Below, one piece after another: positions 45,608 through 58,614 of a DNA stretch of 64,000 bases. Under the pieces are notes generated by a model, which saw only the letters and a list, made by a program, of their open reading frames with translations, was not told the origin of the DNA and made no database searches. Origin of the DNA: Entomortierella parvispora E1425 (lineage: Eukaryota; Fungi; Mortierellomycota); assembly GCA_020891255.1 (NCBI GenBank), contig BQFW01000014.1:682001-746000 (forward strand), in the 5' to 3' direction. The translations under genes and the position numbers were made by a program. Every line of letters begins with the position of its first letter. Position 1 is the first letter of the stretch.

Positions 45608-48596
45608 TTAAAGGGCCATCGAGGTTTGAGTCCCCAAGGTAGGAGAGGGTGGAGGACTGATGGCAATGCTGGAGGTGGCTGTACCAACGGTTGGTGTAGT
45701 CGTCGTAGCGGGAGATGTGATTGCCTCCGTGGTCGTTGTAGTAGGAGAAGAGGTTGCATCCGTAGTGGTTGTTGTGGTAGTGGGAGAGGTGCTTGCATCT
45801 GTGGTTGTCGTGGTGGTTGTGGCAGTGGGTGAAGTAGTTGTATCTGTTGTTGTCGTAGTTGTAGGAGAACCGGTCGTGGTAGTAGTAGAAGTAATGGTGG
45901 TAGCCGATGAGGTGGATCTGGTGGTTGTCGTTGACTTGCTCGGAACAATGACAGGTGTTCGAGTCCTTGTTCTGGTTCTGGTTCTACTTTTGGTGCTGGT
46001 GCTCGAGCTGGAGCTAGTTCTGCTTGCTGTTCGCGTTCGAGTCTGCGTGGGCTTGGGAGTCGCAATGGGAGGGAAGATGGGGAGGAATTTACCACCAGGA
46101 CCGTGGACCTGATAGTCGTATTGTACATTCTGAGCGATCCAGTTGCATCGATCTGTATCCTCGTTGTTGATCACTGAGCTGTTGGTCACATCGAAGTGGA
46201 AAACTGGGTTCTGGGCGTTGTAGGCAGGCCATTGGACATTGAGCACATCCTCGTTCTGGCTGGCCAGACCTGGCGCATCCTTCGCAGGGTTGGGGTTGCC
46301 AGTCTTTGCAAAGACCGAGAATCGATCAATGACCTGCCGTGCGAATCGAGCATCGTCTCCTGTTTGCTCCACGCCATGCATCAAATCTCCAGATCCGAAA
46401 GAAGGAACAATATCATCACCGTGGCAAACCCGGCCTTGACAGAATGGGGCCACCTGTTCTCCAAAAGCGCTGTTGATGGCTCGGCCATGATCCATCTGGT
46501 ACGCGTACACCTTTGAACCTCCAGTTGCGACCACGCCGCGACTCATGTCCTTAACAGCGCATCCAAAGTACAGGTCCGTCGTGGCTTTCGATAACTCGTT
46601 CCGGACCGTGTCCGGGTCCGAGCTGTTGAATTTGTAGTAAGGTGACTGGAGCAACTTGACAGTGCGGTTGCCTCTCAAAAACAAACTCAATTGACTTTGC
46701 GCATCCTGTATTGGGATCGGGTTCGGGAAATACGCGGGCAAGAAAGCTGCCGCCTCATCGCGGGTGGTTCCCCACATGATATTGGCCTTTTTGTTATAAC
46801 GACCCGTCCTGACCAGCTCTGCAAAATCGGCCGGGATCAGGGACCGGTCCGCATCTGGACGATAGATGGCCTCAGCAGGGATCCAGTCGTTCTGGGGGTT
46901 GGCCAAAACTTGAGTCATGGCAAATGTCTGAGCAGCCTGGATTTCATCCACGGTCTTGTTCTGGGCACACGCCAGATCGGATCCTTTGCAACCCAGAGCC
47001 TGCATTGTGGTGGCACCCAGTCCTGCAGAGGCCACCTTTGGGCTCGAGAAGGGACTATAGGCATCATATATCAAAACAATGGAGTTAGAGTTAGAAAAGA
47101 AAAAAGAAACAACATGACTGCCATCAATGGGTGCTGTGGTTCCTTACATGCCCAGGATATCCGATTGGAAGATCACGTTGTGGTAGAGGCCAAACGCTGT
47201 GGGGGCAGACACGAGTGCACGCATGGAGTATGCTCCTGCCGACTCGCCAAAGATCGTAACTTTGGCGGGGTTGCCTCCAAACACGCCAATGTTCTCTCTC
47301 ACCCACAGCAAGGCAGCGATCTGATCCCGGACCGCCAAGTTGCCTGGAGCCTTGGTTCTCGAGATCGCAGGATAGTTCTCAAAGAGGCCGAAAATACTGA
47401 GACGATAGTTCAAGGTCACGACCACCACGCCTCCTCTGGAGACGAGATTGCCGGGTTCGAAGGCTGGGCTGGATCCGGAAAACGAAGTATAAGATCCTCC
47501 ATGGACATAGACCATCACGGGCAATCCTCTAGCTTTGTTCTTCTTGAGAGCTGGCGAAAAGACATTCAGATAAAGACAATCCTCGGACTCATCAGCTCCC
47601 AAGATATAGCGAGCCATAGTCTTGTTCATCTGCTCCCCTCCATAAGTCAACTGCGTGCAGACATTGCCAAATTCAGTTGCGTTCATGATGCGAGAGACAT
47701 TTCCCTTTCTGTTCGCAGCCAGGGTCCACTTCTTGGGGGCCATAAAACGAAGGTCCCCGACGGGTGCTTGTGCATACGGGATGCCCAAGAATCGGAATGC
47801 ATTTTGGTCGCGGTATCCTTGGTAGGTTCCGGAGCGAGATGTAGTCACAGTGATCTGTTTGGATTTGTCGTTGGATCCGACCACGGTCCGAGGCACCGAA
47901 TTCTTACAGATGGCTGGCAAACGGGCTGAACAAGAGAGCTGTACAACAGAGTTATCCCGTCTATCAAAGGCAGTGCACTTTGAGTTGCCTAGGGGAAAAA
48001 AAATACAAAAAATACGATGGCCACGGTTAGGACTGAAGAGGGGCTTGAAGGGATAGAAAAAATAAGTCAAGACAGACAGACGTACCATTGTTGTGCACCC
48101 AAACGCGGCGGATACCCTTGAGCTCGGTCTGAGCAACAGGAGTATTGTTCAACAATGAGGTGATGTTACCATAGCCGGTTGGCTGCACCATATCTACATG
48201 CAAATGATCGAGCCTTCAAGTTAGCCATCTCACTGGGGGAAAGGAGAAACTCGACAGAGGAGAGATAGATTTACCTTCTCCAAGACTGGCGCAGGCATCT
48301 TTGCTGTCCTGGTAGGTTCTTGGTTTTGACAGGAGGATCATCGGGTATTTGGGGGTCTTTGTGTCGACATCATTATCAAGCAAGATATGAGCTCCTCCCA
48401 AGGTGCTGGCAGAGGGTGCATTCTGGACAAGATCTGCGATCCGGACATTGTCTACCAGCGTCTCGTTTGAGACATCGACAATTGGGAAATGAAGCAATGA
48501 GTGACGATGGGTGGGGTACTCAGCAGGGGAGGCGTCTACCACCAAGAAGACCACAATGGCCACCGTGGTGGCCACTGTTAATGGTAAGAGGACCAT
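45608..48596 (-). CDS. Secreted type-B carboxylesterase with N-terminal C-type-lectin-like Cys domain and Thr-rich tail, 4 exons
   Basis: Signal peptide, FLGIPYAQAPVG, SEDCLYLNVF, VYVHGGS, LNYRL, catalytic FGESAG, GTTRDE, CHGDD, then a long T/S-rich tail. Exon 1 is 48596-48275. Confidence 0.9.
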
Positions 48597-48956
48597 AGTA
48601 GCTATGGGAGGACGAGGAGAGAGGGATTGTTTCTACGAGCTCTCCAGTGAAAATTTATCTTTCTTATCGGGCACCATGGGTGGTCGGGTCTCAATTCACG
48701 CGATGGTGGCTGTGGGCTGAGACCGCGAGGGGATGCGGGCCCGGGGAAGCGCCCTGTGGCTATCCATGCAACGGCTGACCTCACAAAGGCACAATGGCCG
48801 AAAAGCCCCCCTTTTTCACCGAGGCTGATAGGAAGGATGCAGAGACTTTTTTTATTAAGAAGGGGAAGGCCCCCCGGAGTTCTTTTTTTTGGAAGGGCGC
48901 TTTTTTTGTGTGGGTTTCTAATATACCAGATTTGTACAGTTTGCCTCATCGACCAT

Positions 48957-51900
48957 CTACACGCTGGCCTCATTGGCCGTCCGCCTGAAGCTCAACGCGC
49001 CAAGAATGCTGTTGCGGTTGGACTGCGCACGCTTCAGCTTTGTGCCTTCGGAGCCATCGTTCGCCACCATGAATTTGCGTGTTCCATAGGCACTCGTGAC
49101 GGGCGCACTGGGAACAACGCCTGCATTGGCTGCCTTCTCACTTGGCCAGCCCTTGCGAACCATAGCGGCAGGTCTTGCCGATGTAGTCGACTCGGAATGG
49201 TTCGACTGTTGTGTATCAGAGCTTCCACGACGCACAGGCAAGCGAGTGCCATTCGTGGAATAGTAGCTATCGATGGAATCGCCTGATCCGCGGCGACTCT
49301 CCAGTTGAGGTGAGATCATTCCGCCCTCGCCAGGAGCAAACATCTCAGAGACAGGCGTCATCTGTGCGGAAGCCCTAGGAGAAGGTGAACCAGAGCGTGA
49401 GGTCATCAGGGACAACATGGCGACCTCGTTCATTGATTTGCGCATGCTGCGGCCTCGGTTCTTCTTGTTCTCGTTGGCTGCCTCAAACGCGGCGTTCATC
49501 TCAAGGTCCTTGACTTTTTCCTGGAGGGTATGGCGCTCAACCTGACCCTCAAGCCACAGACGCTTCGTCTCCTCGAACTGCTGGCGGACCAAGTTCAGTT
49601 CCTTCTCGAATTGATCACGTTCGTGGCGAACAGCATCGATTTCCATGACCATGGTCATCTTTGTCTGCTGAAGGGCAATTTGCTGTTCCTGAAGCATCAC
49701 CACAGCCTCCTTCGAGTCTATCAGCACGCGCTCCATGCTCTGGTTCTTGACTCGCTGGGATTCGACCTCGTTCATAGCCTCTAACACCGAGACTTTAGCA
49801 CGGACAAGTTCGGTCGTAACATGGGCCAGTTCGCGTTCTGACTGCTCCAGTCTATTCGTCAGATCGTCCTGACTGACATTCAGAGAAGAGATCGACAAGA
49901 CCTCGTCCTGGGAGTGTCTTGACCAGCTCGAGCTCTCCCGCTCCATCTTCCCATCCTCGTTGGTAATCGTCCTTGGCGAGGAGGCCATGGCAGAATAAGC
50001 TGTATCGCTGTTGCTGATTACCGAGGGAGAAGTGGCGCTCATCATCGAAGCCCGGTTTTGTTGACGCTCCATGTCCGAAATCTTCTTGCGCAGGCTCTCA
50101 ATCTCTTGCAAGTGCTCCGTCCTTTCCATTTTGGCCGTGACCAGTCCCTCTTTGACTTCCACATGATTCTTTTGCAAAGACGACAGAGCCTTGGCGAGGT
50201 CCTGGATCTGCTCCAAGAGCATTGCATCCTGACCATACGTCGATATACGGTTGCTCTTGTTCGAAGGTGTGGCACTAACAGGTTCTGGCGCCTCGTCGTC
50301 GCTGCTGCTGGAACTGCTACCGTTCAAAAGCAGACTTGCTGTCGATCCAAAAGAGGCAGCAATGGAGAGTCGACTGCCAGCACGGCCCATCTTTGACTTT
50401 GTCTCCTTGCTCACAGTGGTGGAGGCAACGGCTGCAGCCTTCTTCTTGTCCTCTGACCCAGTCTTTGTATATCCGAATCGATCGCGGAAACGCTTGCTCG
50501 TCACCTCCCCTGTGCGCTTCTGTTGATCCTCCAATTCTGCCAGGTATGTCATGGCGAGGGCATCGAGCTTCTCCTTTGAGATATCAGAAGAGAGTTCCAT
50601 TGCATCACGGATGACTTCTCCTGCGTTATCGTCGTAGATATCGTACAGCTTGGTGGACAAGACCTCGAGAAGATCCTCAAACTCTTGCAGCTGCATCAGC
50701 TTTTCCTCGTTCTTTTTCAAAAAGGCCACCGCCACCCGCATGATGGTCTCTGGGGCTCCCTCGGTAAAGACGACATCATAGATTCGGAGAACCAAGGGAA
50801 GAGGATACGTGTAGGCAAACAGGGAGAGGAACCATTGGGATGCGTACATGGCCGCATGGATAGAGTGGAAGGAGAGATGGGCATGGAGCATGGGCAAGTG
50901 TTCTGAAAGCAGGGCTGAGAACTGGTATAAGCGAAGTTGAAGTCCCTCCATGTTGAGCGTGAACATTGTCCTCATGTCGTAGGTCTCCATCAAACGAACG
51001 AAAACACAGAATGCCTCTTTTTCATCCATCTATCAAACAATAAAACAGCAAAGCCGATCCAGTCGTTAGTGGGGGTTCAAGCCTCCTCTTCAGCAGATAT
51101 GCAAGATTGTCAGGAAAAGCTTGATATTGATATTGTCCAGGGTCTTACATTCATGAGCAGAGGTCCGACCAAGAATCCGAGACCTTGGCAGTATCCCACA
51201 AGAGGATCATAGATAGAGTAAGCCTTCAGGACATTCCTGAGCATGGTCTGTCCCTTTCCGCCCTCCTCCTTGAACATGTCGACTTGAGGGAATGTACGGG
51301 CCAAGTCTCTCTGGATGATGCGTTCATAAGGCGAGTGCTCCTTAAGAAGGCGAGTATAAAGAGTCTCCAGATGAGTCGACGATGCCTGGGACATGGACTG
51401 CCAGATCAAACCACGAAGTCTCGAAGGAAGACCTTGGCGAACACGGGCGGACAAAAGATGGGGCAACTTGCTGGCGACGGCAGTGTAGTCCTGAACGAGC
51501 ATTCCCCAAAATTCCCAGTCGATTTCCTCGTCTCCTGCTTGGGGCTCTGTCGAGGATGCATTGATAGGATCCACCGTCTGTGAGTTGGGGCTGTTGAGGT
51601 GGCTAGAGTCGGCAATGAGGCGATGAAGGGTGTCGAGATTGCCCTTGAGGACATTGGACTCGATGCAGACCGACTTTGGGTCCGTGTCCAACAATCCGTT
51701 CTGTCTCTCCAGTCTCGCCAACAGATATGAGGTCGACTCCTACAAAAGAACGAAAAATGGGGTTAAAAAAAAGAGTCAATATCGGAGGCTCTTTCTCGGT
51801 TTGTTTTGGGTTCACAGCAGAGCATCTCCCATTCAAACTCACTTGTGGCGGTAGCATGTTGTTCTGCTCTTCCAGCTTATGCAAAAGATCCACATCGACG

Positions 51901-52947
51901 GTGCTTGGGGACCGATTGTGAGCATCCTTCAACTTTGCGAAATGGTTCTTTGGCTGAGGAAGCAGGAATCCCAAAGTTGTGCTTCTGCAGAGTCTAGCGC
52001 GATCACTTGCTGCCGCTGCTGCCGCAGCCGACGAAGCGGAGGAGAGATAAGTAGTAGAAGAGGAAGCAGAGAGACTGCCCTTGCTGTTCAGATCTAAGCC
52101 CTGGGAGAGCGACTCTGAGGAGGCACTGTCGAGGATTTCATCGAGCATTCTCTTGAAGGACGCGACGTGATCTTCCTCTTCGTGAGGTTTAGGTAGAGAA
52201 GGAGTATAGGCCGATAGTGATGGCACCGTCGATGACTTTACGGGCTTTCGGGTCGAGGAAGAAGAAGTAGAGGCAGTTGGTGGCAGAGGTGGTAATGACG
52301 GGCTTGTGTTGTTCGAGTTGACTATTGGGGTAAAGAGCAGCAGGAGCGAGGGTATATTAGCACTGGGGTCTCGGGTAGACTGTCTTCCTTGTTCTGTAGC
52401 GAGTCTGGTTCCGTCGGGTGCAGTCCAGTCCAGTCCAGTTCTAGTCAGCGAGTCGAGGTGAATGAGGGATGAAGAAAGAGAGAGAGGGGGGGAAAGGAAA
52501 AAGATGATCCGCAGGCTGCACCCATGGACATGGAGAGACCTTGTGCCATGGGCTTTTTTTAGCCGGGTGGTGACACAGAGAGAAAGAGAGAAAGAGAGGA
52601 TCAAAGCCAACAGCAAAATACAACAAAGGAATGTCTGTGTGCAAAGTGTGTGCAAGGGTGTGTGCAAGTTTGTGTGCAAGGGTGTGTGTTCGTGTGTCGA
52701 GCGTGTTTCCTGCAGAGTGAACAGGCGGGAAACGCGTTTCTCTCTCTCTCTCTTTCTCTCTTGCTCCAGTGGTGGTTCAGGCGCGCTGGATAGATCAGAA
52801 TGAGACTGACTATGCGCACGGCCACTTACACGACAATGTGGTTGGGGAGGGAGGGAGGTGGAAGGACACTGCGCGAGGCGAGGCCAAGTCTGCAGAGGGC
52901 GACAAAGCCACGGGGGATGGAGGCATGGGGGCCATGTCGTCGGCCAT
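48957..52947 (-). CDS. TBC-domain RabGAP, Evi5/Gyp5-like, with C-terminal coiled coil
   Basis: LRGLIWQ, IIQRDLARTFP (Arg finger), YCQG (Gln finger), MYASQWFLSLF, long coiled coil. Predicted exon 1 52947-52830 (MADDMAPM...) joins in phase to the acceptor at 52321; N-terminus less certain. Confidence 0.92.
52636..52690 (+). repeat. Tandem TGTGTGCAA(G/A)-based 11-12-mer x4 in TBC gene intron 1
   Basis: TGTGTGCAAAG TGTGTGCAAGGG TGTGTGCAAGTT TGTGTGCAAGGG TGTGTG. Confidence 0.85.
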
Positions 52948-53943
52948 CGTGGTGGGTGCAGATATGAGGCAAGGAACGGAAAGGAAGGGAAAGGTGGGGA
53001 GGGCAAGGACAGGGTCGATTAAATATTAAGAGATAAGCGTAGTAAGGATATATATGTAGAATAAATGGTGCAAGATGAGGTATGTGGGAGGAATGGAATG
53101 AAGATGGAAGCAAGGAGAGGACAGATGGATGGAGAGAAAGAGAGAAAGAGGAAGAGAGATGAGAGAGAGCAGCAAGAGGAGAAAGAGGAGAAGGAATAAA
53201 AGGGACCCAAAGAGACGGGACGCTGGGCCAGGCACCGTGACACGACCAACCAGGGCAGCAAAGAGGGCAGGCACCAAAAAACAATGAAAAAAATTGCTCA
53301 CAAGAAAAACAAAAAAAACCGACGAGCGAGCGAACGAGCGAGCGGGGCATGCATGGGCATTGGGTTGATGCATGGAGACCAGAGATAGTCGTCAACAGAG
53401 GCACCAACGGAAGACGCTGGGGCATGCATCTGGCCTTGTTTGCGTCTAATCTACAAAACACCTCACCCGCCCCGCCTCGACAATCACTTTTGAATATCAA
53501 CAATGTCAGGTCCCCTTCCCTTCCACCCCCCACGAAGACAAGTTCCTTTTCTTCATTCAGGATTGCTTTTCATCTCCAACCCGAAACCCGTTGTGCGAGA
53601 GAGCCTCCCTCTTCGACGTCTGCACTGTCCACTCGCATCCGGCACCTTTTTCTTCTGTGCACCCGTCTGTCCACTAAGACAAAGGACAGGACGAGAAACC
53701 TGGAGATGGGGACATTCAAATCTCCCTTTTCTCTTTCTCTCACCTTTTCTCCGCCTCCTCGACCTCCCTACCTCCTCTTCCTTCTCCCCCCCCCTCTTCG
53801 TTCTCCTGATATTGACAGCCCTTGCCGACCCACCTTCTCCGATCTACGGGCATCAATTGTTCATGTGCTTCAAAGGCACAAATACACACGCACATCACAG
53901 GCTACTTCTTCGAAGACGGCCAAGAGATGCAAAGCACCCCCTT

Positions 53944-53977
<34 letters not shown>

Positions 53978-54460
53978 GTTCTCTCGCGTACGCTTGTTCA
54001 ATCTCCTGCCACATGTCATTTCATCCTCTTACTCTTTCTGTCCAAATTGTTGACGTTTGGGAATACCAAGCCCCATAAGCGTGTGCAATTAAAAAGAGGA
54101 CGAAATCGAAACAATGGAGACTTTTTTGTGCAGTTCATCCTGACTCTTTCTCAATGCTCCCCGGCTGGGGGGATGTGTCACAAGCTGAGCCAACCTTGAC
54201 CGATCTTTCAACTTTTTTTTTTGGTTTTTTTGAGCGCGCGCCTCTTTTGCTCTCATATTTCCCGGTTCTCTGGTGGTGGTGCAAAAGGGTACGCCTCTCA
54301 CTCTCGCGGCATTTTCCCTCCATGACGATGGAGACACAAAAAACGTGGCGTGAACAATGCGTCCAGGGGATGGAAGATGATAGGTACCATGTGCAAATAA
54401 AAAAAGGTTCCGGGGCACAAAACGCTGTAGCCAAAGGAATTGATGTGGCTATTGTGCCTC

Positions 54461-54497
54461 AAAGTAGGATAAAAGTAGGATAAAGTAGGATAAAAGG
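54461..54497 (+). repeat. Tandem AAAGTAGGAT(A) x3
   Basis: AAAGTAGGATA AAAGTAGGAT AAAGTAGGAT AAAAGG. Confidence 0.85.
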
Positions 54498-55994
54498 AGA
54501 GAGAGAGAGAGAGATAGAAAAGAGAAGGAAAAAAAAAGAAAAAAAAAAAGGGCGCGTCTCCCTCGAAGTCAACCCCTTTGACAAGGTCGCCTTTTCTCTT
54601 GTTTGTTCTTTGCATGATGAAGGGTTTTCGTTTGTTTTGTTTGTTGTGTCGATAAGGTGCGGATCTGATCTACCTGCACTTCCTGGTCGGTGGTTGTGTG
54701 TAGGGGTTGGCAAGGTCGCCAATAGAATGAATAGGGGAAGCAGGGAGGTCTGTTGACTGCATGAGGTCGAGACTTGACGAAACGTCCCCCTGGGATCACA
54801 GAGCAATGAACTTACGGTGATGTCAATGAGCCGGAATACAGGAGGGAGGGGGGAAAGGTGTAGATAGAAGGGGAGGGAGGGAACTGTTCGTGCAACGGAG
54901 TTTTATGGACGAGAAGTAATAGGTAGCGTGGCGTAGAAGGAGATGCTCTGGCAGTGGTCGTGGGTCAAAAAAGGGAAAACGAGGGCGGTAGGTCGTGTCA
55001 AGTGGGGTCAGGAAGGAAGGAAAGAATGTCGACAAAGACCTTTTTTTTTTCTGAAGCGGGATCGAAGAAGCAAAGGAACAGAGAAGAACAGAGGATGAAA
55101 AGAAGAAAGAGAGAGAAAGTGAAGGTGATGGATCATCCGCAGGAAGAGTCAACCACCCGCTCTGGTTCTTTTCGCCCTTGCGGTACTCTTACACGCTCGC
55201 GACAGACACGGGTCCAGTCTCAATCCTTCGACCTTGTCCTGGTCCTTGTCTCTGTCCTCTCTTGAATTCAGACTTCAGACTGATCCAAAGGGAGCCGTGG
55301 TCCGATCCTCAGAGTCAATGGGAATCCGGATCCGAACGAAGAAATATGAAATGCCAAAGCCCTTTTAATTCTCCCCATTCCCTTTTCATCTTTCTTTGAG
55401 CTTCACCTTGCTCTAAAGTCAAATCATAAGAAGGACCGATCGCGATGACCTTCGCCCCCAGTTCCCCATGATCAGAAAACGGATGCAGGGCTGGACAATA
55501 TAGCACAGCGAAGGAAGCATCAGCTCTGCGAGACTTTTCACATGTCCTCCTAAGTGTCCAGAAAACAGTAGCAGTAGGCTTGCATTCTGGGAAGGGGGGA
55601 ATGGTGACAATAGCAAAACAAAAAAGACAGGAAAGACGTTCAACTTTACATCAACAAGCCTACCCTCATTCCATATTCCACCACAACGGCGCAGAACGTA
55701 AACATCTTTTCTCTTTGCCGAAAAGTTGGCCTCACTTTCTCCACTTGTAATTGTGTGTCAAAAGATCAAGAAATAAAAGAGAGAGGACTGACTCTTCCAC
55801 ACCACTGACGTTGTAGTGGTTTCGTTACTGACTTGCAAACGATCAAGAAGGGCCCAGGTCATATCTTAAGCATCAGTCGTAAACGCACAAAAGCCAGAAT
55901 GAAGGAGAGCCAGAAGGGAAGATTGCCTGTCGATCATACCCTCCGAAAAAAACTCGCAAGTATTTTTTTTATTCGTCATCCATCATGTTCATAT

Positions 55995-58017
55995 CTAACC
56001 ATGTCCATACATTCCATTGTGGCGCTGCTGCTGTTCCAGCATTTGATTCGCCTCCATTTCCCTCCTTGTGCGCTCCGCCCTCTTGAGTTCAAATACCTGG
56101 TCCATGGCCTCCTTGAAGCAGTGGACATTGTAATCGATCAGTCCCTGTTTCTCGAACGTCTCTGCCCTGAGCAAGCAAATTAAGGCGAGGTACTTGTTCA
56201 CTTCACGCAAATACAACACCGTGCCGTTGCCCATCTTGATGACTGAGAATGCCTCATGGTTATCGCTTGTCCGAACAGGATGGTTGTTCAGCGACCCTGC
56301 TCGACTGCTGTTGCTGACCAAAGCGGACGGTGGACGGCTATCCTGAGTGCCTTGCCGTGGGTGCTGTGAATTTCCGTTCGACCCGTCGTAATCATCTTGC
56401 TGTTGTGTCCAATCATCATGACCATCTTGTTGATCCTCCAGATAGCCCTCGCTCTTGGCCCCAATGGCCGCCCGTCCATAAATGGAGGAAATGTCGATAA
56501 TAACGTCAATCATATCACTGCAGATTTCGTACGACTGTGAATCCACTGGTGAAGAGTCGGTCGCAATGTAAATCTTGGAGATCACATCAAACAAGAACGC
56601 CTTCTCAATGCCAGAGTTCTAGAATGCAAAAAGACGATAAAACGGTGAATATTGCCGTATTGAAGGCAAATGAGGGTCGGATGGATAAATTAAAGGGAAT
56701 GCGATAAAAAGAAAGTCAGCTTACTGCACACAGGATGTTGAGCAAGTTCTCAAGAGTAGGCAATTGGGGGATGAGCTTTTGGATAACCTTTGAAAAGGCC
56801 TCAAAAATGGAATGGTCATAAATAGACGTCAGGTAGAATGCGAGCTGTACGTTCTCCAATCCTGCGTCCGCCAACTCGTCTGTGGTTGTTTGCTGGATGT
56901 CTCTTTGGGTATCTGTGCTACCCATTCGATGACGGTGAAAACAAAACAACTCGAAATGTCAGTGACAGCCCTATTCAAGCTAACGATGCACAGAACTCTT
57001 TTACGTACCAATTTTGTAGTCCTCCGACAGTCCATCCACCTTGTGGATAAAAACCTCGAAAGTGATGTTGGGATTGACGCGATACGCCGCAACAACTGTG
57101 GAGTGAAGCCTGGCAAGTGCCTCCATGTAATCGTCCTGTAAACGCATCAGCAATGTCAGTGCCCCAGTCATTATCAAGCAAGTCTAACCCACCGCTCCAT
57201 TCTCCTCTATATCCTAGCATACCTGAGAGTCGATAACAAAGACAAGTGCTCCGACTTCTCCAAAGATGGCTGTCGTGTCAAATGTTGGGTCAAAAAAGTC
57301 CATCTGGCCTGGAAAGTCCCAAACCTGAAAGTCTATGAATGAGCTGTGAGGATAAAAAATAACGGTGAGTTCCAGAGAGTCAAAAAAAAAAAAAAAAAAA
57401 AAAAGACCATAAATGACATGCATTGTAAAGAGCTTACTGGATGTTGTCCTTGTTAATCTTGGACGTACTCTCGAGGAAAAGAGTCTCTGTTGGTGACATC
57501 TTGTGGAAGACCACACGCTGAATGCTTGATTTTCCGCTCCTGTTAAAGGAATGAAAAGGCCGAAATTGCATTAGAATAAATGGAATCATAGTCCTCAGGC
57601 TGTGGGCCTCCAACTCCTTGGATCGGTCCATGCACAGAGTCATCTTTTCCATAAATGTCCTGCTCAACATACCGCCGGAGACCCATGAGCATCAATCTTG
57701 GCCGCGACTCGCGATCCTCGTCGGCCAAGTCGTCGCCATAACTACATGCACAAGAAAAAAGGTGCATACGCTGAAGTTAGAGGCGCGTCACGAGTTTGGA
57801 CCTTTCAATAGGCACCACCCACTTATCAGAGGCGATTGCACTTATCCGCGAACACCTACATTGGGTCATTGTCGCCATAGTCCGAGTACTATAGCGCAAA
57901 GGAAATGAGAAAGACCACGAAGGCGCATTAGAGCTGACATCTTTTTTTTTTTGCTACCTTCCACGTCCTCGGTCCAAAAAGGTACAGCGCACGCTGCAAG
58001 CTAGGCCTTACCGACAT
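55995..58017 (-). CDS. GTR2: Rag GTPase small subunit Gtr2/RagC-D
   Basis: [63 protein letters not shown], roadblock domain with [13 protein letters not shown]. Tiny first exons: 58017-58012 (MS) and 57888-57860. Confidence 0.96.
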
Positions 58018-58614
58018 GGTTCAAGAAGAGTGGGTGAGAGGGGTGGAATGGGGGAACAGACGGTAAAGAAAAGCAGTGAGAGATGCACTTTGAGTGAGGT
58101 CGTGAGATGCGGACATTGACAATGCAGCTTGAGGAAAAGGAACGTGCCCTCGCTCCCCCGTCCCCACGCCCACGCTCGCGGCAATTTTGTCCACAAGCCA
58201 CACCGTCTGACCGCCCTGTTTCGTGCTGTCCTTTCTGTACAGCACTCTGAACAACAGCACTCTGAGCTCCTTTCGAGCTTGCTCACTCTAGACTGTTTGC
58301 ATCTCTCAGATCTATCAACACAAGCAAGATCCGGTCGGGCTCCGGGTCCCAGGAGAATCTTGAATGGGCTAAAAGGGTCAATTGCTGATATCCAGTGGCT
58401 TTGCAGAGCGAGACAAGGCAATCTTTCGCTCCCAGCATTAAAACCAACCCGGAAGGATCAGGCAAGCGCAACATTCAAATGCACAGTTTTCTTTTTAATT
58501 TGCAGAGGCCAAGTTACTCGTTTGCTCATAGAGTAATTTGGAAGGTGTGGTGAGATTGGGTGGTGGATGTCACGTCATGATCTGCCGGGACAAGGTCGCT
58601 TGTGGGAGTATAAT

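Noticed and set aside
46691-47929. 412-aa plus-strand ORF
   Set aside because: Antisense to the carboxylesterase exons, starts at a non-ATG codon; shadow ORF.
51603-53006. 467-aa continuous ORF as a single exon
   Set aside because: It reads through predicted TBC intron 1 (microsatellite-derived CT/CA-rich peptide); only 52321-51843 is credible exon.
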